A DNA stretch of 64,000 nucleotides from Chiloscyllium plagiosum (lineage: Eukaryota): contig NC_057728.1 in NCBI RefSeq assembly GCF_004010195.1, positions 40,426,231 through 40,490,230 of the forward strand, read 5' to 3'. Below, one piece after another: positions 1-13,342 of the stretch (position 1 is its first letter; each line of letters opens with the position of its first letter). The notes under the pieces are model-generated. The model was not told where the DNA came from. It saw nothing but the letters and a program-made list of their open reading frames with translations, and did not search any database. The position numbers and the translations under genes are program-made.

Positions 1-3000
1 TTTTGCTAACATCGAACCAATGACACAATCCAATGTTGGGGATAAAAAAAAGGCAAGTATTTTAAAAATCAGACAGAGTAACTGCCATCAACACAGATCC
101 AAGAAATGAGGAAACAATCTCGATTAAAGGTACCTTTTCATATGAAACATATTCACAATAAAAAGAAAGAAGACAACCCAGGGAGATCTTCAGATGGAAG
201 AAGACAGACACCAAAGATGACAGCCGCTGTATGATTTTGAAATTAAGTTGATGTACTATTAACTGTTTTGTTGGAACAGTGTATTATTATAGCATTGAAG
301 GCAGATAATAAGTTAAGACAATAGGGGACTTATAGTTGTTGTTTCATGTTCACTTTTAGAATTAGCAAAATAAATTGATGTTATTGCCTTGAGGTTCTCT
401 GTCAGATTACAAGGTAAGGTGGACTTTTCTGGGTGTTTTGTTTAATTAACAGAAGGGTTCACATCCATGTCATAAAAAATGTCACTCTTTCACTCCTTCC
501 CAATATTACAAAAGACAGTCCATTAAAATATGAATTCTAGTAGTTAGGTGCATGATACATACAGTGGCCTTTTGCACCTTTGTGGATTTTACGTTACTAA
601 GAAACATTTTTTTGCTTTGTTGGCCAAGCCACAAAAATAAGCCCGATCCATTCTATAACAGATCACAAAGAGCTGTAGCAACATAAACTCACAGAGCACA
701 GCACCTCAAGATTGAGTATTGTTCCTTCCCAGCGCACTGCTATATCTGCACTTCAGCTTTGTATACGTAATGCAACAGATCTCTTTAAATATTTCTGTGT
801 GGTGCACAAAAATTATAAATGTGGTAAGTGTGTTATTAGTTTATTTCTTTAGCTTCTCCACCATTAAAAGAATCCAGGAAATAGATCAAAGGTCAGGGAA
901 TGCTGTTATTGCAGTTTATTACATCAAATGACAGAAATTCATAGCCTGAGGACCAATGAAAAGCAATTTAATTCACCCTGCAGTTTATTTATTGGCACAT
1001 TATGACTGAGATTCTTTTTTCATTTTGAAACAGACTTTGTACATGTAAAGTAATTAGTTATGATGTTAATATGGTTCTAGATTTCAGAGTTGTTGAGGGA
1101 ATAGTTCCCAGTTCCCTGGAGAAATATTACCCAGTTGTAGTCGGCCAAGGATTTTTAGAACTAGTAAAGTGTGTTAACTGAAAGTTATTGTTGCCCTCAC
1201 AAGAAAGCTGGATGGTAGCTTCTGAAAAGATATTTCATCTTGAATATTGTACCATTAAGATATTGTGACCATTACTTAGCAAAGATAAAATGGACAAATG
1301 AAGAATGTCAATGGATATGAACATTCCATTGTTGTACCTCATTAGGTATAACATATTCTTTGAAAGCCAAACATATTGTGTCCTCTTATCAAGATATACA
1401 TTACGGTGGATCATGGATCATTTAAAAGATAATTTGAAGAGGAAAAATTCAAGGCCTAGTAGAATTATATCAGGTTACAATTGAGGGTCTTATAATGACA
1501 AAATTATACATTCAAATGAACTAAAATGTTCTTACAGAGATAAAATGGAAATTACACCTGAATTCTGAAATACAAATAGAAAACTCTGGATATACAAAGA
1601 ACCCTTAGCACATTTAGGAAATTATAAAGAACTCTTACCTGCTTTAATAAAGAAAATTATGGTTCGATGATTCAACTCTTTCTCCAAAGTTGGAAGTAGG
1701 ATGCTAAGTTATAAAATTGAGAATGAAGCCAACACTTTTGAAGGCTCTGCCACTAAAACTACCAAAGAAAACAGAGGATACAAAATATTCCAAAATCAGC
1801 AGAGTGGAGGACACAAGTAGGTCTAGAAAAGGCTTCAGAAGTAAAGATGAAGAAAGACGTTGAAATAAATGCACAGATAGTGAAAGAGGAGAGATTGTTT
1901 TAGCCTCTGATCTTGAGAAGCCTGCATCACCTACTGGCCTTGAAGGATAGGTACCATAGCTAAAGGACATGTAGTTATGTGGAAGAGCTGCAAATCATCT
2001 TACAGACTTTTTAAGGAAGTCAGTAGACAGTAGTCAAAGCTGGATTTGTGGAGTGGTTTGGTCAATGGCCTTTACCCCAACCCTCAGCAGCAGCTACTCC
2101 AATATTTTATGAAGTTGAAGGCATGGACTATACCTTTAAGAAAGTGTAAGGAAGTGCTGCACGTTAAGAAGACAACAAGTGAGTTTGTGTTGGTCTAGCA
2201 TGAAAAAAAAATTCTAAAATCAGGTGAGAAGGTTCTACTGTGTTCATGCAACCATTTGGTGACATCAACAAATTCACCAATTGGTGCATCCCCCCTAACA
2301 CTCAAGGAAGAAAGATAAGGTGGATAATTCCCATGTTGTCATGATCTCTTTCTTTCTTTGGATTCAGTCTTCTTTCCTTTGGGAATCAAATTTGTGACAG
2401 CACTTTAAGGGATGGCCTCTCCATGCATGTTGGGTGCTGCTGCTTTAAAATTTGAGCCTAGTACTTCTGAGTTGTGAATTTCCTATTTTGGTCCATCATC
2501 AGAGTCAGCTCGATAAGTTGCAACACAGAAAAAATGTCTGCAATGTCAATCGTGTGCCCTGTCACTCAATCTCTGAGAAGTCAAAGGGGCTGTCATAATG
2601 AGTTAAGGAAACCACATGTAGGTCAGCAGCTTTCAGTGAGCAGATTATTGACATTATGAGAAATACATGCATTCAATTGTTCATGAGCAAGTTTCGTAAT
2701 CTTCTGACTGTTCACTTAATTGCTTACAATTTTCCCACTCTCACCTGGCATGCTGACCTTTGCACTATTCTCCATATCTGTTTGCTGTTCTTCCGACTCC
2801 AGTAAGTTCCACTAAATCCAGCCCATAATCTGAGGTATGACATTACACCTGGAAGTGAAACAACTCTCAGGCAAGACTATGGCTGAAAAACATCTTTTGG
2901 CATCTTGATGTAAAAATTGACAATATTTTAACTTTATACAATGGAATAAGAAACTTAGTTGAAAGCTATTGATTTCACCTTCTTTCATATAACCAATGCA

Positions 3001-3143
3001 AAGTTATAATTATCCATCATTGCATCAAGTTCTTAAAAATCAGGCCCTCAACCACTCTGTTTCTCAGTCTATTCCAAATGATCTTCATTCTCGGCATGAA
3101 GAAGACCTTCTAATCCCAAACACAGAGTTAATTTTAATTAATA

Positions 3144-3994
3144 TTCAATTGAATTGAATAGAATTAGCTTTATTGTCACATATATTCAATGAGTACAGTG
3201 AAAAGTTTATACATCACCAGTTAAAGTGCCATCTAAAGTACAAAGTATCCAGTTACAGCTTCTTTAATTACAAAGTGTTAGACAGAGAGAAATAAAATGT
3301 CCAGCGTTGCAGAAATTAAAGCTCAGAACAACAGTCCACACTGGCACCTAGCTTCCAGACTGCAGTGGGTCCTGGCTCCACACGGGGCTGGGCTTCACCT
3401 TGAGGATCCTGAGGCTGGGAGATCACTTCAAACGGCAACGCTGGGCTGAGGATGCCATGCCAAGCTGAGAGGATATCCTGCTGAGAGGCTGGCTTGGCAG
3501 GCCACCACAATAGGCAGGGAGATCATTAAACCAGGCCACTAAGTTGCCACGCCACATTGGGAGGCCACCAGGCCATGCCAGAAAGACTCTACACCAGACC
3601 AAGAGTTTGCCACGCCACACCAGAAGGTGTCAGAGGCTGGGAGTCGTTGCCAGAGGGTGAGTTGTCGGAGGCCGGGAATTGTCACTGGAGGCCAGGAGTT
3701 GTTGCCAGAGGCGAGAAGTCAATGCCGGAGTCCAGAAATCATCGCCGGAGACCAGGAGTCATCACCAGAGATCAGGAGTCATTGCCAGAGACTAGGAGTC
3801 ATCACCAGAGACCAGGAGTCATTGCCAGAGACTAGGAGTCATCACCAGAGACCAGGAGTCATCACCAGAGACTGGGAATCACCACCAGAGGTCAGCAGAG
3901 AATGAGAAAAACCACTAAGAGGAAAGAAAGAGAAGAACAAGAAGGAGAAAGGGCAGTGCAGACAAGCTCCAGTTTTACTCCGCTGCCATCCTAG
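3144..3994 (-). mobile_element. Unclassified, probably non-autonomous retroelement containing a minisatellite
   Basis: On the minus strand it starts GGATGGCAGCGG and ends GACAATAAAGC followed by (ATTCA)n-like repeats. Possible 7-bp TSD ATTAATA at 3137-3143 and 3995-4001. No recognisable coding motif. Confidence 0.45.
3636..3890. repeat. 20-bp minisatellite (unit ACCAGGAGTCATCACCAGAG), about 12-13 copies
   Basis: 20-nt period is clear at 3751-3890, with more diverged units to the left. Confidence 0.9.
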
Positions 3995-4179
3995 ATTAAT
4001 AAGGCTCACCTCATCTTGTTCTGTCCCAATAGTTTAAAGTATTCATTGCTAACTTTTCAGTTACTATTTACTATGTTTTTCAAACATACTGAGAATCCTG
4101 TCTTTCATTATGATTTCAAATTTTTAATACTAGATATTGTCCATGTTGCTCGTCTCTGTACCACCTCCAGCTTTTGAAA

Positions 4180-4680
4180 GCTTCCATTGGTGACCAGGAC
4201 CAGGATTCTCAAACGCTGTGCTGTCAACAAACTTTGAAGAAATGTTCCAAAGATTCAGTACTCTCTGTGAAAGAATATTTCTCCTTATCTCTGTTTTAAA
4301 TGGGCAATTCCTTAATTTTAAAGTATCCTCTACTTTTAGATTCTCCACCAAGAGGAAATATCCAGTCCATATCTACACCACAAGGCCCTTCAAGATCTTC
4401 TATGTTTTAATCAGGGTGTCTCTTATTCTCCAAATCTCCAGTGGTTCCAAGATTAGCATTGCCAACATTTTCCCACAATACAACTTGTCCATTTCTGGTA
4501 TCAGTCTGGCAAATCTTCTCTGAATTGCTTCTAATGCAATAATATCCTTCCTTAAATAAAGAGACCAATACTGTACATAGTAGTCCAGGTGTGGTCTCTC
4601 CAAGACCCTGCCTAAATGAAATATAATCTACCTACCTTTTCATTCAAATTGCCTTACAATATACAACAACATTCTGTTAG
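4180..4680 (-). mobile_element. Old CR1 LINE ORF2 3' fragment (continues near 9175-9360)
   Basis: Translations RPHLDYYVQYWSLYLRKDIIALEAIQRRFARLIP and SQRVLNLWN are typical of the CR1 ORF2 C-terminus. Confidence 0.85.
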
Positions 4681-4796
4681 CTTAATCTTAATCTTAATTT
4701 TAATCCCAAACTGAACTATTCCTACCTGTCTTCCCTTGGTCTATATCCTTCTAAACATTCCTTATTCATGTACTTATCCAACTTGCATCCAGTACT

Positions 4797-7700
4797 TAGA
4801 GTCATAGAGTCATAGAGATGTACAGCACAGAAACAGACCCTACGGTCCAACTTGTCCATGCCAACCAGATATCGCAAACCAATCTAGTCCCACCTGCCAG
4901 CACCTGGCCATATCCCTCCAAACCTTTCCTGTTCATATACCCATCCAGATGCCTTTTAAATGTTGCAATTGTACATGCCTCCATCACTTCCTCTGGCAGC
5001 TCATTCCATACATGTACCACCCTCTGCGTGAAAAGGTTGCCCCTTAGGTCTCTTTTATATCTTCCCCTCTCACCCTAAACTTATGCCCTCTAGTTCTGGA
5101 CGTCGCCGCCCCAAGGAAAAGACCTTGTCTATTTATCTTATCCATGTCTCTTCTGATTTTATAAACCTCTATACAGTCACCCCTCAACCTCCGACGCTCC
5201 AGGGATAACAGTCATAGCCTATTCAAACACTCCCTTTAGCTCAAATCCTCCAACCCTGGCAACATCCTTGTAAATCTTTTCTGAACGCTTTCAAGTTTCA
5301 CAACCTCTTTCTGACAGGAAGGAAACCAAAATTGCACACAATATTCCAACAGTGGCCTAACCAACATCCTATACAGCCGCAACATGACCTCCCAACTCCT
5401 GTACTCAATACTCTGACCAACAAAGGAAAGCATACCAAACGCCTTCTTCACTATCCTATCTACCTGTGACCCCACTTTCAAAGAGCTATGACCCTACACT
5501 CCAAAGTCTCTTTGTTCAGCAACACTCCCTAGGACCTTCCCATTAAGTGTATAAGTCCTGCTAAGATTTGCTTTCCCAAAATGCAGCACCTCGGATTTAT
5601 CTAAATTAAACTCCATCTGCCACTTCTCAGCCCATTGGCCCATCTGATCAAGATCCTGTTGTAATCTGAGGTAACCTTCTTCGCTGTCCACTACTACTCC
5701 AATTTTGGTGTTATCAACAAACTTACTATCTATACTTCTTATGCTCATATCCAAACCATTTATAAAAATGATGAAAAGTAGTGGACTCAGCACCAATCCT
5801 TGTGGCACTCCACTGGTCACAGGCCTCCAGTCTGAAAAACAACCCTCCACCACTACCGTCTGTCTTCTACCTTTGAGCCAGTTCTGTATTCAAATGGCTA
5901 GTTCTCCCTGTATTCCATGAGATCTAACCTTGCTAATCAGTCTCCCATGGGGAACCTTGTCGAACGCCTTACTGAAGTCCATATAGAACACATCTACTGC
6001 TCTGCCTTCATCAATCCTCTTTGTTATTTCTTCAAAAAACTCAAATTTATGAGACATGATTTCTGACACACAAAGCCATGTTGATTATCCCTAATCAGTC
6101 CTTGCCTTTCCAAATACATGTACGTCAGGATCCCCTCCAACAACTTGCTCACCACCAATGTCAGGCTCACTGGTCTATATATCCCTGGCTTGACCTTACC
6201 TCCTTTCTTAAACAGTGGCACCATGTTAGCCAACCTCCAGTCTTCAAGCACCTCACCTGTGACCATTGATGATACATATACCTCAGTAAGAGGCCCAGCA
6301 ATCACTTCCCTAGCTTCCCACAGAGTTCTACGGTATACTTGATCAGGTCTCAGGAGTTTATCCACTTTTATGCATTTCAAGATATCCAGGATGTCCTCCT
6401 CTATAATATGGACATTTTTCAAGATGTCACCACCTATTTCTCTACAGTCTATACCTTCCATCTCCTTTCTCACAGTAAATATTGAAAAAATACTCACTAA
6501 GTATCTCCCCCATCCCCTGCGACTCCACACAAAGACTACCTTGCTGATCTTTGAGGGGCCTTATTCTCTCCCTAAGTACCCTTAATATATTTGTAAAAAC
6601 CCTTTGGATTCTTCTTAACTCTATTTGCAAAAGCTCATGTCCCCTTTTTGCTCTCCCTCTTAAGTATACTCATATTGCCTTTATACTCTTCTAAGGATTC
6701 ACTTGATCTATCCTGTCCATACCTTTAGATTAGATTCCCTACAGTGTGGAAACAGGCCCTTCAGCCCTACCAGTCCACACCGACACTCCGAAGAGTAACC
6801 AACCAGACCCATTTCCCTCTGACTAATGCACCTAACACTATGGGCAATTTAGCATGGCCAATCCACCTGACCTGCACATCTTTGGACTGTGGGAGGAAAC
6901 TGGAGCACCCAGAGAAAACCCACACAGACATGGGGAGAATGTGCAAACTCCACACAGACGGTCACTCAAGGCTGGGATCGAACCTGGGACCCTGGTGCTG
7001 TGAGGCAGCAGTGCTAACCACTGAGCCACCGTGCCACCCCTGACATGTGCATCCTTCTTTTTCTTAACCAAAACCTCAACTTCTTTAGTCATCCAGCATT
7101 CCCTGTACCTACCAGCCTTTCTTTCACCCTAACAGGAATATACTTTCTCTGGATTCTCGTTATCTCATTTCTGAAGGCTTCCCAGTTTCCAGCCGTCCCT
7201 TTACTTGCGAACATCTGCCCCCAATCAGCTTTTGAAAGTTCTTGCCTAATACCATCAAAATTGGCCTTTCTCCAATTTAGAACTTCAACTTTTAGATCTG
7301 GTCTATCCTTTTCCATCACTATTTTAAAACTAATAGAATTATGGTCGCTGGCCCCAAAGTGCTCCCCCGCTGACACCTCAGTCACCTGCCCTGCCTTATT
7401 TCCCAAGAGCACCTTCTCTAGTATCCACATATTGAATCAGAAAATTTTCTTGTACACACGGTCAAATTCCCTCACATCTAAACCTTTAACACTATGGCAG
7501 TCCGTCTATGTTTGGAAAGTTAAAATTCCCTACCATAACCATCCTATTATTCTTACAGATAACTGAGATCTCCAAACAAATTTGTTTCTTAATTTCCCTC
7601 TGACTATTAGGGGGGTCTATAATACAATCCCAATAAGGTGATCATCCTTTTCTTATTTCTCAGTTCAACTCAAATAACTTTCCTGGATGTATTTCTGGGA

Positions 7701-8910
7701 ATATCCTCCCTCAGCACAGCTGTAATGCTTTCTCTTATCAAAAACACCACTCCCCCTCTTCTCTTGCCTCCCTTTCTGTTCTTCCTATAGCATTTGTATC
7801 CTGGAACATTAAGCTGCCAGTCCTGTCCATCCCTGAGCCACATTTATGTAATTGCTATGATATCCCAGTCTCATGCTCCTAACTATGCCCCGAGTTCATC
7901 TGCCTTCCCTGTTAGGCCCCTTGGATTGAAATAAATGCAGTTTAATTGATTAGTCCTATCTTGTTCTATGCTTTGTTCCTGCCTGCCCTGACTATTTGAC
8001 TCACCTTTGTTCTCAACTTTGCCAGTCTCAGATTGATCTCTTTCCTTACTTTATCCCTGGGTTACCCCATCCCCACCTTACGAGTTTAAATCCTTCTGGG
8101 CAGCTCTAGCAAATCTCCCTGCCAGTACATTAGACCACTGCCAATTTAAGTGCCATCAGTCCTTCTTGTACAGGTCACTTCTACTCCAGAAAAGCTTCCG
8201 ATGATCCAAAAATATGAATCTTTTTCCATGCACCAGCTTCTCAGCCATGCATTCATCTGCTCTATCCTCCTATCCCTGCCCTCACTACCTCGTAGCACCA
8301 GGAATAATCCAGATATTACTACTACTTCCATTTTAAATTCCTTCCATAACTCTCTGTAATCTCCCTTCAGAATTTCAACATTTTCCCTTCTATGTCGTTG
8401 GTTCCAATGACCTCCTGCTGGCCCCTCTCCCCCTTGAGAACATTCTGCACCCTCTCTGAGACATTTTTGATCCTGGCACCAGGGAAGCAACACACCATTC
8501 TGATTTTTCGCTGCTGGCCACAAAAATGTCTGTCTGTACCTCGGACTAGAGAGTCCCTTAACACAATCGATCGCTTGGAACCCAATGTACCTCTCATTAC
8601 GTTAGAGTCAGTCTCAATACTAGAAACTTGGCTGTTCATGCTACGTTCCCATGAGAATCCATCACCCCCTATATTTTCCAAAATAGCATACTTGTTGAAA
8701 TGGGGATAACCACTACCTGCCTATCTCTCTTACCTTTCCTGGAGTTAACCCATCTATGTCACTGTACCTGAAACCTCCCCCCCTTCCTATAACTGCCATC
8801 CATCACATCCCCCAGCTCTTGTAAATTCCTCATTGACTCTAACTGCCTCTCCAACCAATCCATTCGATCTGATAGGATTCACAATCAACGGCATTTATTG
8901 CAGATATATT
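4797..8910 (-). mobile_element. CR1 LINE, near full length and decayed (ORF1 esterase, ORF2 endonuclease-RT, (GACTCTAT)n tail)
   Basis: ORF1 DSLVRG..CFPGARI..GTND (8367-8681), endonuclease SDHNSI, RT motifs YRPVSLT, QHGF, GVPQG; 8-nt tail repeats at 4797-4817; many stops and frameshifts. Confidence 0.95.
6725..7039 (-). mobile_element. HE1-like tRNA-derived V-SINE inserted in CR1
   Basis: Minus-strand box A TGGCTCAGTGG, box B GGTTCGATCCC, V-domain GTGTGGAGTTTGCACATTCTCCCC, CR1-like tail with (AATCT)n. CR1 sequence resumes on both sides. Confidence 0.92.
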
Positions 8911-9360
8911 GCTTTCTCTGGAAGTTCATTCCACACACAAATCACTCTCTGTGTAAAGAAAATGCCCCCATGTATTTTTTAAATCTTCAAAATATTCCCC
9001 ATAGTCTTGAAATCCCCACAATAGGGAAAAAAAATCACCTTATCTATACCTCTCATGATGTTATAGACTTTTATAAGCTCACTTCCTATGTCCAGTGAAA
9101 ATAGTCCCAGCCTACCCAGCCTCTCTTTATCACTCAAACTCTCCATTCATGGCTGCATCCTGGTAAGTCTGATCTTGTGTTTAATGCGCGAGGACACTCC
9201 GACCCCTCTGCATCTTGGAGCTCTGTGCTCTCTTACCATCTAGATAATATGTTTCTTTTGTAATTTTCCTGCCAAAATGAACAATTTCACATCTATCCAC
9301 ATTATACTCCATTTGCCAGACATTTGCTTACTGACTTAACATATCAGTATTGCTTTATGT
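8911..9360 (-). mobile_element. CR1 fragments (continuations of the elements interrupted at about 4790 and 4680)
   Basis: GGAAGTTCATTCCACAC and CCAAAATGAACAATTTCACAT match CR1 ORF2 3' segments seen in other copies in this window. Confidence 0.7.
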
Positions 9361-10299
9361 CCTCTTTCACGATGTGTTTTGCTAATCGAATGACTGACAC
9401 TTTTTTCCCTTGTGTTCTGATGCATTTCCATTACCTAATTATGATAATGCAGAAGCCTTCAGTGAAGCACTCTATATAGCTAAGTCAATGGAAAATAATT
9501 ATAATATGATATTTTACAAAGTTATAATTAGTTTAATTGGTTTAAATGATTCCTGAAAGTCATTTGATGTATTTATATTTGGTTCACTATTGACACTACA
9601 GGGCCCTGAAAAATAAAAACATGGGCAGAAGTATAAAGGCAACTATGAAGAAATTAATAAAGGCAACACTTGTGCTCCACAACAAACTTAATTTCACATC
9701 AACCTTAAATATATCAATTAACTCTTAACAACCCAAACTTCTTTCATTTGCTTATAGTTGTATCGGTTAACCAGTCACATAGCAAGCCATTTTTGTTCTT
9801 TTTTCAATTGATTAGATCATCACAGGCCACATATGGTCGCACAACATGGTTGTGAACAGACTGCATCGTAAACAACATGTAAACTTTATGAAAGTGGAAT
9901 TCTTTATTTAATAGGATTCATACTGAAATTCAATTTGAGATTTTGAATTTCACTTTGCACTTGAAAAGACTGATAAAGAAACTGCAAGTTGGTTATCATA
10001 CACCACTTGACAGTGACAGTTAATAGCCAGCCAGCTGGGAGATTGTCTGAACAAGTGCAAAATACTGAGAACAGGAAGCTGAATGGAAACTTATAACTTG
10101 GGTGCGGTTCACAAAAATGTATACCTGCTCAGCATAGAGAAGTTCTAAGTAGTGTGCATTGTTAAAAATAATAGCCTGCATAAAACGGTGGAAGAGGTTA
10201 TAAATTGAAAAGAAACTAATATTAAAACAGGTATACACATACATACACACTAATTTAGTAACAGGGACTCCCCAAAATTAGCATATGCAAGATAACAGA

Positions 10300-10740
10300 A
10301 ATGAAGAGAACAATGGCAGGAACAAGTGATAAATCCTTAGACAAGATGATTTTCATTCCAGAGCTCTAAAGAAGATAGCTGACAATATTCAGATGCTCTG
10401 ATTATAATCGAACAATTTTTTCTTGATTCCTTTAGATTGGAAAATTGCATTTGTCTTTCCTCTATTACAGAAAGGTGTGAGAGAGAAAGCACGGAATGAT
10501 AGTTCAGTTAGCCTCATACCTATTGTCAGTAAACTACTGGCATTTATAAGTAAGTTGGTGATGACTGTTTTAAAAATTACTATTCAATCCAAGAGAGCCG
10601 GTGTAGATTTGAAAAAGGTAGGTCACGCTTGACAAACCTGACTGGTTTCTTTGAAAAGGTGTCTCAATAGTGAGCAGGAAAATATTGATGAATATTGCTT
10701 GGAAAAGCCTGCACAAAAGAATTATCATTAGATATGATTC
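10300..10740 (+). mobile_element. Old CR1 ORF2 fragment
   Basis: IPLDWKIAFVFPLLQKG..N..SVSL resembles the CR1 motif VPEDWRIANVVPLFKKG..NYRPVSL. Confidence 0.75.
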
Positions 10741-11189
10741 TGTGATTGGATAACATTTGCTGAGCAATCCTGTTTGCTATAACAGCTAAAGTTATGACCA
10801 ACTTAAGATAAAATAAAACTGGTTCTGAAAAAGGATCACTGGACTCAAAAGAGGATTGTCTTATCTTCACAGATGCTGTGTTTTTCCAGCAATTTCTGTT
10901 CTTGAACCAATTTAAACTAGTTGAGTTTGTAACATGATTCATTGACACTTGTTAGATGATACTTATATTCACACGCAGGGACCTGATCTTTGCAAACAGA
11001 AGGAATATGCTCAAACCTTGTTTCTTTTTCTGAATTACCCTCTTATTTTCTCCATAGCAGTGCCTTGGTCAGTCAGAGGCAACTTGCAAACAATTCAGCA
11101 CCTTCTTTTACAGTAGTGTAAACTGGTGTGATTATTTGACATTTCATATTTTTGCATTTGTCCTGATGACATTGAGGCAAGTAGTGACA

Positions 11190-12378
11190 GTGACACAAGA
11201 ATCTGCAGAGGGATATAGACAGGTTAATGAGTGGGCAAAAAAATTGCCAGATGGAATATAATGTAGGAAAATGCGAGGGAATGCACATTTGCAGGAAGAA
11301 TAGAAAAGCTGAATATTATTTAAATAGGGAAAGACAGCAGAAGGCGGTAGAGCAGAGGGATTTGAAGATCTGTGTGCATGAATTACAACATGCTAGCATA
11401 CAAGTTCAGCAGGAAATAGGGAAAGCAAATGGACATTTGTATTTTATTTCAAAAGGGATGGAATATAAAAATATGGAAGTCTTGCTAAAACTATCCAAGG
11501 CACTAGTCAGATGACACCTGGAATAGTGTGAACTGCCTTTGGTTCCCTTATCTAAGGAAAGATCATTGGTATTGGATGCAGTCCAGAAAAGTTTCATCAT
11601 GTTGACCTGAAATCTGGAGGGATTTTCTTATGATAATTAGATTAGATTAGATTAGTTACAGTGTGGGAACAGGCCCTTCAGCCCAACAAGTCCACACCGT
11701 CCCTCTGAAAAGCAACCCACCCAGACCCATTCCCCAAATTTACCCCTTCACCTAACACTTTGGGCAAGTTAGCATGGCCAATTCACCTAACTTGCACATT
11801 TTTGGACTGTGGGAGGAAACTGGAGCACCCAAAGGAAACCCACGCAGACACTGAGAGAATGTGTAAACTCCACACAGACAGTTGTCTGAGGTGGGAATTG
11901 AACCCGGATCTCTGGCGCCATGAGGCACTGTGCCACCGTGCCGCCCACACGAGGAGTGGTTGAATAAGTTAGGGTCCTACTCACTGGAGTTTGGAGATTG
12001 AAAGGAGTCCTTATTGAAACATATAAGATTCTTAGGGGGCTTGACAGAATACATGCAGAGAAGTTGGGTTTCTCCTTGTGAAAGTGCTAAGGACAAGAGG
12101 ACATATATTTGAATGAGGGGTGGCCCAACTAAGGTGAGGAGGAATTTCTTCTCTGAGGGTAATGAATCAGCATAATTTTATTTCACAAAGAGCTATCAAG
12201 GTTTGGTCATTAGGAGTATTCAAGGCTCAGATGGATGGATTTTCAGCAAGGTGATCAAGGGTTAAGGGAATGAGGCTGGAAAGTGAAGTTGAGGATTGTC
12301 AGATCATTCATGATCTTGTGCAATGGGAGAACAGACTCCGCTGAGTGACCTGTTTCTGCTCTTCAATCTTATGGCCCA
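11190..12378 (+). mobile_element. CR1 LINE 3' fragment, interrupted by a SINE
   Basis: QMEYNVGKCEGMH..QRDL..LLKLSKALVR, followed by a CR1-like 3' UTR. Confidence 0.85.
11636..11946 (-). mobile_element. HE1-like V-SINE
   Basis: Box B GGTTCAATTCC, V domain and (AATCT)n tail on the minus strand. Confidence 0.9.
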
Positions 12379-13274
12379 TGGAGTGCAAGCTTAAAATCTT
12401 TGGCAACATATCTCTATTTCCAGTAATAATCAAGTATTTCTAAATAATCAGTAAGTCACTATGATATAGAAATATTTGGAGAGAAGCAAGAAATTAATGT
12501 ACGATATTAATCTGTTTTAACATCAACTTCTGCTTCAATACTTAAACTGTATGGTTTCTTTATTCTGGAGTTTCACTTTCATCCAGGATCAAACTCAGAC
12601 TAGGCTGACTGAATAGCTTCCTTAATCTGTGGTTATCAATATTTTAAGTGGATTGACTTTTATCAGTTTCACTTCAGTTTCATAGTGCAGATTCTTTGTG
12701 ATGCCCTGTAACACCACAGATTTATTTGCATGACAAAATGAAATATGTCACTTTGGAAGATACACAACTCTGATGAAGCTATTGTTAAAGTATATACATT
12801 TTAATATTATCATTAAATTTGTGTAAGAGCCAGGGTTTTCATACTTCACTCTTATTTAACTCTTAAATAATCCTTATTTACTGCTCAAATATTTTTCATA
12901 ACTTTCTTACTTTTTGTTAACTTTCATGTCACAGAATTCCTTAATATCTTCCATTACAGTAATCTCATTTGCTTTCTGAATTTTGAATGCATTTATGTAT
13001 AATCCCATGAGTATGTGTCCTATTATAATTTATTTTAATGAATTGACACAAACTGCTTTAGCATTTACACAAGGAAATAATCAAGGAATAATTACAATAT
13101 TAGTGTCTTATGCTGAGGAATAAACATCACAATTTTGCGGGTATCTGATTATAAGGATATTACTGACGTTAAGCGGTGTAGCTCTCATAATTGGTAACTC
13201 AAAGATTTGTGGCTGCAAAAAGATATAAATGTAGAGCAACTGGTCAGGAAATCAATGCTTTCCTTCTGTGCTAA

Positions 13275-13342
13275 TTAGATCAAACTCAGGCCCCTGGTAC
13301 TGTGAAGTAGCAGTGCTATCCACTGAGCCACTGTGCCGCCCA
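13275..13342 (-). mobile_element. SINE tRNA-head fragment
   Basis: GGGCGGCACAGTGGCTCAGTGGATAGCACTGCT on the minus strand, matching the head of the other SINE copies. Confidence 0.7.

Noticed and set aside
100..2250. Possible decayed Gypsy LTR and gag-pol remnants
   Set aside because: Only a general impression; no diagnostic motif or termini could be shown.
3557..3905. Repetitive ORFs or a CRISPR-like array
   Set aside because: Contiguous 20-bp tandem repeat with no unique spacers, in eukaryotic DNA; the ORFs are translations of the minisatellite.
10824..10905. Further hammerhead-like motifs (also near 44385-44415, 49468-49495 and 50495-50515)
   Set aside because: Cores or stem II are too degenerate to call ribozymes; probably old PLE terminal-repeat debris.
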